DNA from: Gemmatimonadota bacterium
Lineage (GTDB): Bacteria > Gemmatimonadota > Gemmatimonadetes > Gemmatimonadales > GWC2-71-9
Assembly (NCBI GenBank): GCA_041477065.1
Contig: JBGOUQ010000017.1
Span: 3,669 to 67,668 of the forward strand
Length of the DNA stretch: 64,000 bases
Direction of reading: 5' to 3'
Shown here: positions 26,986-37,829 of the stretch, in pieces
How the letters are laid out: each line of letters starts with the position of its first letter
Position numbering within the stretch: position 1 is the stretch's first letter
Made by a program: the position numbers and the translations under genes
Notes under the pieces: model-generated
Database searches by the model: none
What the model saw: the letters and a program-made list of their open reading frames with translations, nothing else
What the model was told of the DNA's origin: nothing

Positions 26986-27933
26986 ATGCACATCGCGGTC
27001 GCGTCGCATCACCGCCTGCCGGTCCAGGGCTACGGCGGCACCGAGCGGATCGTCGCCGCGCTCGTACGCGGGCTCGCGGCGCTGGGCCACCAGGTGACGC
27101 TGATCGCGGCCACGGGCACGAAGCTCCCCGAGGCGAGCGTCGTCGAGGTTCCCCCCAAGCGACTGCGCGACCCCGCGCTCGACTTCACCCGGCTGGTCCC
27201 GCCCGACGCCGATGTGCTGCACGTCCACTTCCCCGTCCGCAAGCCTCCCACAGGTGGGATGCCCTTTCTGCAGACGCTGTACGGCAACCTCAAGCAGGGC
27301 GAGCCGGTGCCGCCCAATACCGTCTTCCTCTCGCGCAACCACGCCGCGCGCAACGGCCGCGACGCGTTCGTGTATGCCGGACTCGACCCCGCGGAGTTCA
27401 TCTTCCGCGACCGCAAGGAGGACTACGACTTCTTCATCGGCCGGCTGCACAGCGCCAAGGGGTACCACTGGGCGGTCGAGGGCGCCAAGCGCTCGGGACG
27501 GCGCTTGATCCTGGCCGGCGGCTGGCGGCCTTCCTTCACGGGCCGGATCAAGTACGTGGGGGAGGTGGACGGGAAGGAGAAAGCCGAGCTGCTCGCCGGG
27601 GCCCGCTGCCTCTGGATGCCAGCGCTGTGGGACGAGCCATTCGGGCTCACCACCATCGAAGCGCTGTTCTCGGGCACCCCCGTATTGGGGACGCGGCGCG
27701 GCGCGTTGCCGGAAGTCCTCACTCCCGAGGTCGGCGCGCTGTGCGACACGCTGGACGAGATGATCGAAGCGTCCCGCGACATTCACACCCGGGTGCCCGC
27801 GGTATGCCGCGCCCACGCGGAGCGGTACTTCACCCACCGGGTGATGGCCGAGGAGTACCTCCGGGTGTACCGGCACCTGCGCGAGACTACCGTCCTGCCT
27901 GCGGGGCGGCCGACGCCGCAGGCGCCGCACTGA
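26986..27933 (+). CDS. GT4-like glycosyltransferase
   Basis: Within ORF 26950..27933. ATG 26986 (MHIAVASHHRLPVQGYGGTERIV). EPFGLTTIEALFSGTPVLG. Divergent from the previous gene across only 29 nt. Confidence 0.8.
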   Translation: MHIAVASHHRLPVQGYGGTERIVAALVRGLAALGHQVTLIAATGTKLPEASVVEVPPKRLRDPALDFTRLVPPDADVLHVHFPVRKPPTGGMPFLQTLYGNLKQGEPVPPNTVFLSRNHAARNGRDAFVYAGLDPAEFIFRDRKEDYDFFIGRLHSAKGYHWAVEGAKRSGRRLILAGGWRPSFTGRIKYVGEVDGKEKAELLAGARCLWMPALWDEPFGLTTIEALFSGTPVLGTRRGALPEVLTPEVGALCDTLDEMIEASRDIHTRVPAVCRAHAERYFTHRVMAEEYLRVYRHLRETTVLPAGRPTPQAPH

Positions 27934-27940
27934 GCCCCCC

Positions 27941-28201
27941 CTATTCGTCGGGGTCGTCCACGATGTCGCTGACGAAGGGGTCCTCGCCGGTTCTCGCCGT
28001 GATGACCAGCAGCCACCCGAGCGCCGCGTTGCCGACGCACGCCACCACGACCGCCACCCAACCCAACGCACCCGGGCACCTGCCGTTCGCGACACACCGG
28101 TAGATCGTCGCGCCCAGGAGGATCACGCCGGCGCCGGCGAGGCCCGGTCCGAGCACGCCGCCGAGGATCCGGAACGTGCGGCTCACCCGCTGCGGCCGCA
28201 T
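27941..28201 (-). CDS. small membrane protein (86 aa, two hydrophobic segments)
   Basis: Within ORF 27941..28381. ATG 28201 (MRPQRVSRTFRILGGVLGPGLAGAGVILLG...WVAVVVACVGNAALGWLLVI). Starts 6 nt after the upstream stop. Confidence 0.4.
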   Translation of the reverse strand: MRPQRVSRTFRILGGVLGPGLAGAGVILLGATIYRCVANGRCPGALGWVAVVVACVGNAALGWLLVITARTGEDPFVSDIVDDPDE

Positions 28202-28206
28202 CACAC

Positions 28207-29724
28207 TCACACGGCGGTCCTCTCGAGGAGGCGCTCGGCGCTCGCGACCGCGTGCAGCAAGCAAAACGGGTAGAAGTGAACCAGATGGCGGCCGAAGCCG
28301 GTGTGGATGATGAACAGCGTGCTCATGTGCGGCTGGCCCAGGAACGTGAGGGCCGCGTACGCGGCGTAGGTGGCGACCCACCCCGCCAGCCCGGCGAGCC
28401 CGAAGCGCCGTGCCAGTGCCGCGCGCGTTGCCTCACCCTCACCCCCCACCCCCCCCCCTCCTCCTCGACGCGCCACCCAGATCACCACGATCAGCCAGCT
28501 CCACGCGAACGCCCCGTAGCCGTAGTGGGAAAACACCTGCCCCTGTACGCCGTACGCCAGCCGTGCCATCGCCCGCAACGCGGACACCGCTGCTTCGGAT
28601 TGTGCGGCCAGTGTCGGGGCGAACAGCGCGGGCGCATGCACCGCCGCGGGCCGCAGCGTCCAGCTGAGGTATCCCACAGCCGCGCCGGCGAGCGGGGCCC
28701 ACAACCGCCAGTCGCGACGCTGGGGAGGAGACGCGAGCCAAATGAGCACGCCCATCGCCACGACGAATTCGGGAAGCCCGTCCCGGCGGATGAGCGCGAC
28801 CGCAGCCCCGGCCACCGCCCCGATCGTGAGCGCGAGCGCCCGCGTCGGGATGAGCGCGCCGTCATCGGTCGCCACAACGATCGCAACGGCGATCGCCAGC
28901 ATCACCGGCACGCCGGCGTAGGCCGTGATCTGGCCCTTGAGAACGTGGTCGGTGACCAGCAACCACACCAGCCCCCACGGGGCGAGGGCCGGTGCCACGC
29001 GCCGCAGGAGATAGTAGAACAGCAGTACGAAGGCACCGAACAGCAGCAGCGGGAGCAGGCGGCCCTGGAAGGTGGGATCGCCCACACCCATCCACAGTAT
29101 CACCGAGTGGAGCGGCGGGCGGGCGGGATCCAGGCAGTCGAATATCCCGCTCAGTGCTCCGCGCTCGGCGAACTTGAACGCCCGGCACGCCCAGATCTCC
29201 ACGGCGTCGGTGTAGTGATACGGAAACACGAGGTGCGGGACCTCGGCGAGGAAAAACGCCAGCGCGAGCCACAACGCGGGATGGACGCTTCGCGAGACGG
29301 CCGGCTCGGTGGCGGTCGTACGATCCTCAGATGGGGAGGGGCCAGTGCGGCGCACCCAGACGCCCGCGATGAAGGCGACGCCGAGCGCCACCCACGTGAC
29401 TGCGGGGGCAAGCCGACCCGTGGCGAGCGCCCAGCCGTAGTCGACGAGCGCGACAACCCAGGTAAGCGTCAGGAACCGAAGCGCCCACGCGGCCGCTGAG
29501 CGGTGGCCGCGGGCAGGGAGCCACCACCACGCGGCCAACGCGAGCAGCCCGCAGAGCAGCAGATCGGCGCCCAGTCCCGCCGACGGGCCCACCGGCCGGA
29601 CCCCCGCCGCCAGTCCTTGCTGGAACATCACGGCGGCGCGCCAGGTGCCGATGCCGACCTGCACGGCCGTGAGCAGGCCGAGGACGATCCAGGCCGCGCG
29701 CGATCGGCCGGCAGCGGCGGTCAC
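28207..29724 (-). CDS. polytopic membrane protein, GT-C-fold glycosyltransferase / O-antigen-polymerase-ligase-like (tentative)
   Basis: Within ORF 28207..30195. GTG 29724 (VTAAAGRSRAAWIVLGLLTAV...) lies 2 nt after the upstream stop. More than 10 hydrophobic segments. Loop motif YHYTDAVEIWACRAF. Confidence 0.5.
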   Translation of the reverse strand: MTAAAGRSRAAWIVLGLLTAVQVGIGTWRAAVMFQQGLAAGVRPVGPSAGLGADLLLCGLLALAAWWWLPARGHRSAAAWALRFLTLTWVVALVDYGWALATGRLAPAVTWVALGVAFIAGVWVRRTGPSPSEDRTTATEPAVSRSVHPALWLALAFFLAEVPHLVFPYHYTDAVEIWACRAFKFAERGALSGIFDCLDPARPPLHSVILWMGVGDPTFQGRLLPLLLFGAFVLLFYYLLRRVAPALAPWGLVWLLVTDHVLKGQITAYAGVPVMLAIAVAIVVATDDGALIPTRALALTIGAVAGAAVALIRRDGLPEFVVAMGVLIWLASPPQRRDWRLWAPLAGAAVGYLSWTLRPAAVHAPALFAPTLAAQSEAAVSALRAMARLAYGVQGQVFSHYGYGAFAWSWLIVVIWVARRGGGGGVGGEGEATRAALARRFGLAGLAGWVATYAAYAALTFLGQPHMSTLFIIHTGFGRHLVHFYPFCLLHAVASAERLLERTAV

Positions 29725-29725
29725 G

Positions 29726-30589
29726 TCAGACGAGCCGGTAGTTCCGGAACTCGAATACGCGCGCACCCGTGAGCCGCTCGATCCAGTCCGAGAGGTAGAA
29801 GCGGAGGTGGTCGGGCCGGAAGTGCCGCGGCCCGATGACGCGCTCGGGGTCGTGGGCACGCGCGGCGATCCAGTCGCGCGCGACGCTGGGATGCTCGCCG
29901 GCGAACGGCCGGAGCAATGGGAGCCAATCGAGGTACCCCTTCGCCTGCTCGCGCGCCGAGCGCTCTCGGCTCCAGGGATAGATAGTCTTGGAGATCTCGT
30001 ATTTCTCGCGGATGGCGTGCGCCGGCCGGGCCCATCCGTAGTGGAACATGGCCGCGTCGGTGACCCGTGCGCGGATCTTCCGGTAGCCGGGCCCGACGCG
30101 GAACCCTTGCGCCCCCTGGTAGGGGCGGATGTCCCGGTCGAGCCGGATGCAGCGCACCTCGCGGCGGTACCAGCGGCGGCTGGTCGCGACGGCATCGAAT
30201 CCGCCGTAGAAGTGCAGGTATTGCACGAGCAGGCCCTCGACGCGCTCGTCGCCGTCCCACTCCGCGACCTTTTCCTGGAGGATGCGGGCGCCCCGCTCGT
30301 GCAGCACCTCGTCGGCCTGGATGTAGATGCCCCAGCGGCCGCGGCAAGCGGCCATCGCCTTGCGGGTCTCGATGGACAGCATCTCGTTCTTTTTGGTGAA
30401 GTCCCACTCGCTGTCCACGATCTGGACGCGCGGGTCGGCCACCGACGCCACCAGGTCGCGCGTCTCGTCCTCGGACCTCCCCACGTTCACCACGACCTGG
30501 TCGCACACCTCCAGCACCGAGCGGATGGCCGGGACGATGGGGAAGTCGAGCTTGATCGCGTTGCGGACGATCGTGAAGCCGCACAGCAT
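29726..30589 (-). CDS. GT2-like nucleotide-diphospho-sugar transferase family protein
   Basis: MLCGFTIVRNAIKLDFPIVPAIRSVLEVCDQVVVNVGRSEDETRDLV...IYIQADEVLHE, typical of a widespread GT-A-like family. Confidence 0.65.
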   Translation of the reverse strand: MLCGFTIVRNAIKLDFPIVPAIRSVLEVCDQVVVNVGRSEDETRDLVASVADPRVQIVDSEWDFTKKNEMLSIETRKAMAACRGRWGIYIQADEVLHERGARILQEKVAEWDGDERVEGLLVQYLHFYGGFDAVATSRRWYRREVRCIRLDRDIRPYQGAQGFRVGPGYRKIRARVTDAAMFHYGWARPAHAIREKYEISKTIYPWSRERSAREQAKGYLDWLPLLRPFAGEHPSVARDWIAARAHDPERVIGPRHFRPDHLRFYLSDWIERLTGARVFEFRNYRLV

Positions 30590-30594
30590 CGCGG

Positions 30595-32397
<1,803 letters not shown>

Positions 32398-32399
32398 TC

Positions 32400-33974
32400 T
32401 CACCGGACTCCGCGGCGCGGCGTCAGCAGAGCCACCGGCAGGATCACCTCTTCGGGAGTCACCCCGCCGTGGAGGAACGAGCCGCGATACCGGGCTTGAT
32501 ATTCCCGAAGCTTGGTGGGGTAGACGAAGAAGCGGTCGCCGGTCGCGAGCAGCATCCGCACGCCGAGTCCCATCCCCGGGAGGCCGTACGACTTGAGATC
32601 CTCGACCAGGATGGACGACTCGGGATCCTCGGCGCGCAGGTCCTCGCCGAATTTGTAGCGGAGGTTGGCGGTCGCGTCCCGCTTCGCGTACACCGTGGCC
32701 GGGGTCTGGCAGTGGATCGAGCCGTGGTCGGTGGTCAGCAGGACGGGCACGCCGCGCCGCTCGGCCTCCTGCAGCGCCGCCAGCACGGGCGAGCGCTCGA
32801 ACCAAGTGCGCGTCAGCCCGCGCAGCGCGTCGGCGTCGCGCGCCACTTCGTAGAGGATCGCGCTCTCGGAGCGCCCGTGCGTCAGCTGGTCGATGAAGTT
32901 GAAGACCAGCGCCGTGACGCCGTCCTGGGCGAGGTGCGCCGGCAGCCGCCGCAGCAGGTCCCCGCCGTCCACGGAGCTGAACAGCTTCTCGTAGCGCACC
33001 GGCACCGGCTTCCCCATCAGGTCCTGGAGCTGCTCCGTGAGCAGCTCGGCCTCATGGGCGTTGAGGCTCTCCTCGTCGGAGGGGGCACCCCACCATTCGG
33101 GGTGGCGCGCCGCGATCTCCATCGGGAACATCCCGCTGAAGATGGAGTTGCGGGAGAACGGCGTGGCGGTCGGGACGATGCTGAAGTAGTGCGACTCTTC
33201 GACGTCGAACAGCGGCGTCACCAGGTCGCGCAGCGTCTCCCACTGGTCGAGCCGCAGGCAATCGACCACGATGAACAGCACCCGCCCGGTGGACTTCAGC
33301 ACCGGCACCAGGAACTCGGCGCCGACGTCCACCGAGAGCGGCGGCCGGTCCCCCTCGGGGTTCGCCAGCCATTTCGGGTAGTGCCGGCGGAAGAACTCGG
33401 CGAAGTCCTTGCGCAGGCTCTCCTGCAGGTTGCGCAGCGCTTCAGAGAGGCCGGGCTCGGCGGCCTCTGCGAGACGCACCTCCCAGCGGGTGAGCTCCAC
33501 GACCAGCTCGATCCACTCACGCCAGGCCATCGTCGCGCCGCGCCGCGCCGCGAGCTCGCGGAACCGCGTCACGAAGTCCCGCGCCAGGCGCTGCTGGCGG
33601 ATGCGGTCGCCTTCGAGCAGCCGGGTGACGACGGAGAGGATCTGCCGGGGATGCACCGGCTTGACGAGGTAGTCGTCCACCTCGATGCCGATCGCTTCTT
33701 TCAGCGTTCCCTCATCCTCGCTCTGCGTGACCATGACGACGGGCATGGCGGGATCGATGGCGCGGATCTCCCCCAGCAGCTCGAGACCGCGGCGGCCGGG
33801 CATCTGCTCGTCAAGCAGCACCACGCTGTAGGGTTGCCGGCGCAGCAGGGCCAGGGCGTCGTCTCCGTGCGCCGCCTGTTGCACGGAGAACCCCTGTTGT
33901 TCGAGGAACCGGCGGTGCGCCGCGAGACCTTCAACCTCGTCGTCGACCCAGAGAATGCTTTTCGGGCGGGGCAT
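32400..33974 (-). CDS. response regulator with C-terminal PglZ (alkaline-phosphatase-like) domain, PorX-like
   Basis: Within ORF 32400..34703. ATG 33974 (MPRPKSILWVDDEVEG...VVLLDEQMPG). PglZ-type motifs VLFIVVDCLRLDQ, TATPFSRNS, LLTTDHGS. Confidence 0.8.
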   Translation of the reverse strand: MPRPKSILWVDDEVEGLAAHRRFLEQQGFSVQQAAHGDDALALLRRQPYSVVLLDEQMPGRRGLELLGEIRAIDPAMPVVMVTQSEDEGTLKEAIGIEVDDYLVKPVHPRQILSVVTRLLEGDRIRQQRLARDFVTRFRELAARRGATMAWREWIELVVELTRWEVRLAEAAEPGLSEALRNLQESLRKDFAEFFRRHYPKWLANPEGDRPPLSVDVGAEFLVPVLKSTGRVLFIVVDCLRLDQWETLRDLVTPLFDVEESHYFSIVPTATPFSRNSIFSGMFPMEIAARHPEWWGAPSDEESLNAHEAELLTEQLQDLMGKPVPVRYEKLFSSVDGGDLLRRLPAHLAQDGVTALVFNFIDQLTHGRSESAILYEVARDADALRGLTRTWFERSPVLAALQEAERRGVPVLLTTDHGSIHCQTPATVYAKRDATANLRYKFGEDLRAEDPESSILVEDLKSYGLPGMGLGVRMLLATGDRFFVYPTKLREYQARYRGSFLHGGVTPEEVILPVALLTPRRGVR

Positions 33975-34031
33975 CGGGGCGAAAGCTAGTCCGACTGGCG
34001 GAGCGCGGCAACGCGCCGATACATTGCCCGC

Positions 34032-35027
34032 GTGCTGACCATCCTGTTGGTCCGCTTCAGCTCCATCGGGGACATCCTGCTGACCACGCCGCTGGTGCGC
34101 ACGCTGCGGCGCCGCCATGCCGAGGCGCGGCTGGTCTTCGTCACCAAACGCGCCATGGCCCCCCTCGTCGCCGACAACCCCCACCTCTCGCAGGTCGTGA
34201 CCCTGGAGCCCGACGAGCCGGTGCGCCACCTCGCCGAACGGCTCCGCCCCCTGAACGCCACACACGGCCTCGATCTGCACGGCAGCCTGCGCAGCGCGGC
34301 GCTGCGCCTGCTGGTGCGCGCCCAATGGAGCGGCTACTCCAAGCGCAAACTCGCGCGCACGCTGCTCATCGCCACGAAGCTCGACCGTTACGGCCGCCGC
34401 GTGAGCGTCGCCGAGCGCTACTTCGAGGCGGCGCGCGAGCTCGACGTCCGGCCCGACGGCGGCCCGCCCGAGTTCCACCTCGGCCCGGGGGCGCGCGAGC
34501 GCGCCGACGCCTGGCTGGCGAAGCGCGGCCTGGCGGGCGGCGCGCGCCTCGCCGCGCTCGCACCCGGGGCGGCGCACGCCACCAAACGCTGGCCGGTCGG
34601 CCACTGGATCGCACTCGCCGACCGGCTGCGCGCCGCGGGATTGACGCCCATCGTGCTCGGCGGCCCGGACGACCGCGGGCTCGCGCAGCAGCTCGCCGCC
34701 CATGCCGAGAGCGCAGCCGGCGAGTTCTCGCTCCAGGAAACCGGAGCGCTCCTGTCACGCGCGGCGGTGCTCGTGACCAACGACACCGGCGTGATGCACA
34801 TGGCGACCGGCGTCGGGACCCCGGTCGTCGCCCTGTTCGGACCGACCGTGGAGCAGTTCGGCTTCTTCCCATACGCGCCGGCGCCGAGCACGGTGCTCCA
34901 ACGTGATCTCGACTGCCGTCCCTGCTCCGCCATGGGCACCGCGACCTGCCCGCTCGGCCACCACCGCTGCCTCGCGGATATCGCGCCGGCCGACGTGATG
35001 CGGGCGGTGGGTGGAGCGGTGGCGTGA
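34032..35027 (+). CDS. GT9 glycosyltransferase (ADP-heptose:LPS heptosyltransferase-like)
   Basis: MLTILLVRFSSIGDILLTTPLVRTLRRRH...; GAAHATKRWP; VTNDTGVMHMA. Confidence 0.8.
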   Translation: MLTILLVRFSSIGDILLTTPLVRTLRRRHAEARLVFVTKRAMAPLVADNPHLSQVVTLEPDEPVRHLAERLRPLNATHGLDLHGSLRSAALRLLVRAQWSGYSKRKLARTLLIATKLDRYGRRVSVAERYFEAARELDVRPDGGPPEFHLGPGARERADAWLAKRGLAGGARLAALAPGAAHATKRWPVGHWIALADRLRAAGLTPIVLGGPDDRGLAQQLAAHAESAAGEFSLQETGALLSRAAVLVTNDTGVMHMATGVGTPVVALFGPTVEQFGFFPYAPAPSTVLQRDLDCRPCSAMGTATCPLGHHRCLADIAPADVMRAVGGAVA

Positions 35028-35407
35028 CGCAGGCGACCACGCTGGGCGAGGAACGCCTGATCGCGCTGCTCGCGGCCGCCGGGCGAGGACCCAAGCGCGA
35101 TGGCCTGTACGCGCTGTGGCTGGTGCTGCGCGCGGCCGAAGCGCTGCTTCCCCCACACCCGCTGGGAGGCCGGAGCCACCGGCGCCGTCTCCAGGCGCTC
35201 GACGCCCGGCTCGCCAGCCTGGCGTTGCCGGCGCCCCTCAAGCGGGCCCTGCTGGCCGCGCGGCAGCACCTCGAGCCTGCGACCGCCGGGGCCTCCGCGC
35301 TCGTGCTCTCCCAGCTGGTCGCGCCGGCCCGGGACGTGCTGGGCGCGGAAGCCGCGGACGCCATTGCGGGTGCCGCGCGCGCGGCCCGCGTACATTTATC
35401 GGCATGA
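35024..35407 (+). CDS. hypothetical Ala/Leu-rich helical protein (127 aa)
   Basis: GTG start in a GTGA overlap with the GT9 stop and an ATGA overlap with the next gene. G/C-rich third positions. The alternative frame (35011..) is an Arg/Pro/Gly-rich shadow. Confidence 0.5.
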   Translation: MTQATTLGEERLIALLAAAGRGPKRDGLYALWLVLRAAEALLPPHPLGGRSHRRRLQALDARLASLALPAPLKRALLAARQHLEPATAGASALVLSQLVAPARDVLGAEAADAIAGAARAARVHLSA

Positions 35408-36285
35408 GCACCCGGCGGCTGCAGAAGCGACCCTCCCTCGAGGGGCTGGTCCAGCAGGTGGATCAGCGCCGGCGGGGTGAAGTCACGGGGGACACGATCC
35501 CCTCGGGATTCGCCTCGCTCGACAAGTTCTTGGGCGGAGGGCTTCGGCGGCGCGACCTCATCGTGCTGGGCGGTGACGTCGGCGCGGGGAAGTCGGCGCT
35601 GGCGCTGGGGTTCGCGCTGCGGGTGGCGCAGCAAGGGACGGGGGTCGCGTATCTCTCGGGCGAGATGGACGAGGAGCGGCTGATGGAGCGCGCGCTCGCC
35701 ATCGAAGGCCGCGTGTCGGTGGACGAGCTGCGCGGAGGCGGCGGCGCGTTGCACGACCAGACGCGCGCCGGCATCGGCGCCGCAGCGGTGCGGCTACGCG
35801 GGCTGCCGCTCGCCATGCTGCCGCTCGCCGCCGACGACCTCGACGCGATGGCGGAGCGGCTCGATCCGCTGCGCCAGCTCGGCCTCGTGGTGATCGATTA
35901 CCTGCAGCTCGCGCCGCCGACGACGTCATCCGTCGCGCGCGCGAGCCAGGACGAAGATCTCGCCCTCGTGCTGCGGCGGCTCAAGGCGCTGGCGCTGGAG
36001 CGTCAGGTCGCGCTGGTGGTGGTGTCGCAGCTGCCGCGGTTCGCTCCCGCGCGCGAGAACCCGCGCCCGACCCTCGACGACTTCGGCCACCTCGGCGCCG
36101 TCAAGCAGCACGCCGACGTGGTGCTCGCGATCTTCCGGGAGGAGATGTACAACCCGGGCGGCGGGGTGGAAGGGGCGACCGAGCTGCTCGTCGCGAAGAA
36201 CCGCAACGGCCCAACGGGATTCGTGGACTTCTACTTCTACAGGCGCTGGATGCGGTTCGAGGACATGCTGGATCCCGACCGGTAG
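35404..36285 (+). CDS. DnaB-like helicase C-terminal (RecA-fold) domain protein lacking the DnaB N-terminal domain
   Basis: ATG 35404 (MSTRRLQKRPSLEGLV...IPSGFASLDKFLGGGL). Walker A GDVGAGKS. DnaB-specific VVIDYLQL, LKALALERQVALVVVSQL, VKQHADVVLAIFREEMY, LLVAKNRNGPTG. Only 293 aa. Confidence 0.8.
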   Translation: MSTRRLQKRPSLEGLVQQVDQRRRGEVTGDTIPSGFASLDKFLGGGLRRRDLIVLGGDVGAGKSALALGFALRVAQQGTGVAYLSGEMDEERLMERALAIEGRVSVDELRGGGGALHDQTRAGIGAAAVRLRGLPLAMLPLAADDLDAMAERLDPLRQLGLVVIDYLQLAPPTTSSVARASQDEDLALVLRRLKALALERQVALVVVSQLPRFAPARENPRPTLDDFGHLGAVKQHADVVLAIFREEMYNPGGGVEGATELLVAKNRNGPTGFVDFYFYRRWMRFEDMLDPDR

Positions 36286-36374
36286 ACGCCGGACCCTCGC
36301 CCGGCCGTACCGCGTGCAACCAATCCCAGGCCGGCGGTGTCGCATCGAAGGACCGCCCTTCCTGGGAGTCACCC

Positions 36375-37829
36375 ATGTCGCATCGTCGCTGCGCCGCCGC
36401 CCTTGCCCTGCTGGCCCTTCTCCCCACCACCGCGCGGGCCCAGCACCTCGCCTCCCGCATCGCCGCTGCCGGCGACGGCGCGGTCACCTTCAGCTACGCC
36501 TCCCGTCCCGGAGCCTGCGGAGACGGGCGCAGCCTGTACATCGCCGGCCTCGGCGCGCACGGCGGCACATTCATCTTCTCGCCTGACGGCAACGGGCTCT
36601 TCTCCGGTTGGACCGACGAGACCGCGACCTTCGCGGGGTGCGTCCCGGGACCCGCTCGGGTCCGCCTGAGCATCCGGGACGGCCGCGTGAGCGCGTTGCG
36701 CCCCGCGGTCGGCGGTCGGAGCGCCGCCCCCGCAGGCACGACGGACCTTGGGACCGTCGGCGCGGCGGAAGCGGCGACGTATCTGCTCGACCTGGCGCGA
36801 ACGGGACCGGAATCCGTGTGCACCGCTGCGCTCGTGGCCGCCGCACTCGCCGACAGCGTGCGGATCGCCACCCCGCTCCTCGCGATCGCCCGGGACCGAA
36901 CCCTGGCGCCCACCAATCGGGAGCACGCCCTCAAGTGGGTCGGCTGGACCGCCGGAATGGAGGGGAGCACGACCGCGGACGCGGGCGTGCGCGCCATCGC
37001 GGCGGATGAGACCGACGTGCCCGAGGTGCGCGAACGCGCGATCCGCGTGGTCGCTCATCCGGCCGGCGACGCATTCTTGCGCGACCTGTACCGCCGGCTC
37101 ACCGCGACTTCACTCAAGGAGCGGGTGATCCGCGTCCTGGGCGAATCGCCCCTGCCCGCTCCCGCGAACGTCGAGTGGCTCGAGCGCCTGGCGCGGACCG
37201 AGAGCGAGAGTCAGTCGCTGCGCGAGCGCGCCATTCGGGTGCTCGGAGAGCTGGGAGAGACGGGACGCCTGCGCGCGCTGTACGCTGGACTATCGTCCGA
37301 CGAGCTCAAGGACCGCGCGGTCCGGGTCGCCGCCGACGGCGACAAGGACGGGGGCCCCGACGCCGCGACGATCGCGTGGATTAAGGGGCTGGCGGCTGCG
37401 CCGAGTGAGCCCATGGCCGCGCGCGATCGGGCGATCCGCGTGCTGGGGGAGCAGGGCGAAGTGCCGTACCTGCGCGACCTGTATCCGCGGCTCGACCGGC
37501 CTGACCTGCAGGATCGAGTACTGCGGGTGATCGGGGAGGTCAGCGGCGAAGAGAACCAGCGGTTTCTGTGGACGGTGGTGCGCGACGTCCGCCAGCCGAC
37601 GGAGCGCCGCGACCACGCGCTGCGCAGTCTGGCGGCGGCGGGGGTCCCGACCGCCGCGCTGGTCGCCGTGTACGACTCGCTTCCGAGTCGCGAGCTGAAG
37701 GAGAGGCTGATCGGGCTGTTGTCCGAGCGCGGGGACGCGGCGGCGCGAGAGAAGCTCGGCGCCATCGCCCGGCAGGATCCCGACGCGGACCTGCGGCGGC
37801 GCGCGCAGCGCCGGCTCGGCGGGCGCTAG
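36375..37829 (+). CDS. exported HEAT/PBS-lyase-type repeat protein
   Basis: Signal-like MSHRRCAAALALLALLPTTARAQ. Repeated units ..RERAIRVLGE.., ..LKDRAVRV.., ..ARDRAIRVLGEQGEVPYLRDLY...LQDRVLRVIGE.., ..LKERLIGLLSERGD.. Confidence 0.6.
   Translation: MSHRRCAAALALLALLPTTARAQHLASRIAAAGDGAVTFSYASRPGACGDGRSLYIAGLGAHGGTFIFSPDGNGLFSGWTDETATFAGCVPGPARVRLSIRDGRVSALRPAVGGRSAAPAGTTDLGTVGAAEAATYLLDLARTGPESVCTAALVAAALADSVRIATPLLAIARDRTLAPTNREHALKWVGWTAGMEGSTTADAGVRAIAADETDVPEVRERAIRVVAHPAGDAFLRDLYRRLTATSLKERVIRVLGESPLPAPANVEWLERLARTESESQSLRERAIRVLGELGETGRLRALYAGLSSDELKDRAVRVAADGDKDGGPDAATIAWIKGLAAAPSEPMAARDRAIRVLGEQGEVPYLRDLYPRLDRPDLQDRVLRVIGEVSGEENQRFLWTVVRDVRQPTERRDHALRSLAAAGVPTAALVAVYDSLPSRELKERLIGLLSERGDAAAREKLGAIARQDPDADLRRRAQRRLGGR

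Noticed and set aside
32400-33974. The PglZ domain as an indicator of a BREX/DISARM-type phage defence system.
   Set aside because: No pglX methyltransferase, brxC/pglY ATPase, brxL, brxA/B or DISARM genes are nearby. The PglZ domain is fused to a receiver (PorX-type architecture) and sits among envelope-glycan genes.
35011-35403. Upstream extension of the DnaB-like reading frame, which would give a 424-aa protein.
   Set aside because: The extension translates to Arg/Pro/Gly/Ala-rich sequence with no DnaB N-domain features. The overlapping +1 frame (35024..35407) has the Ala/Leu-rich composition and overlap-coupled boundaries of a real gene. A frameshift-split dnaB cannot be fully excluded (see findings).
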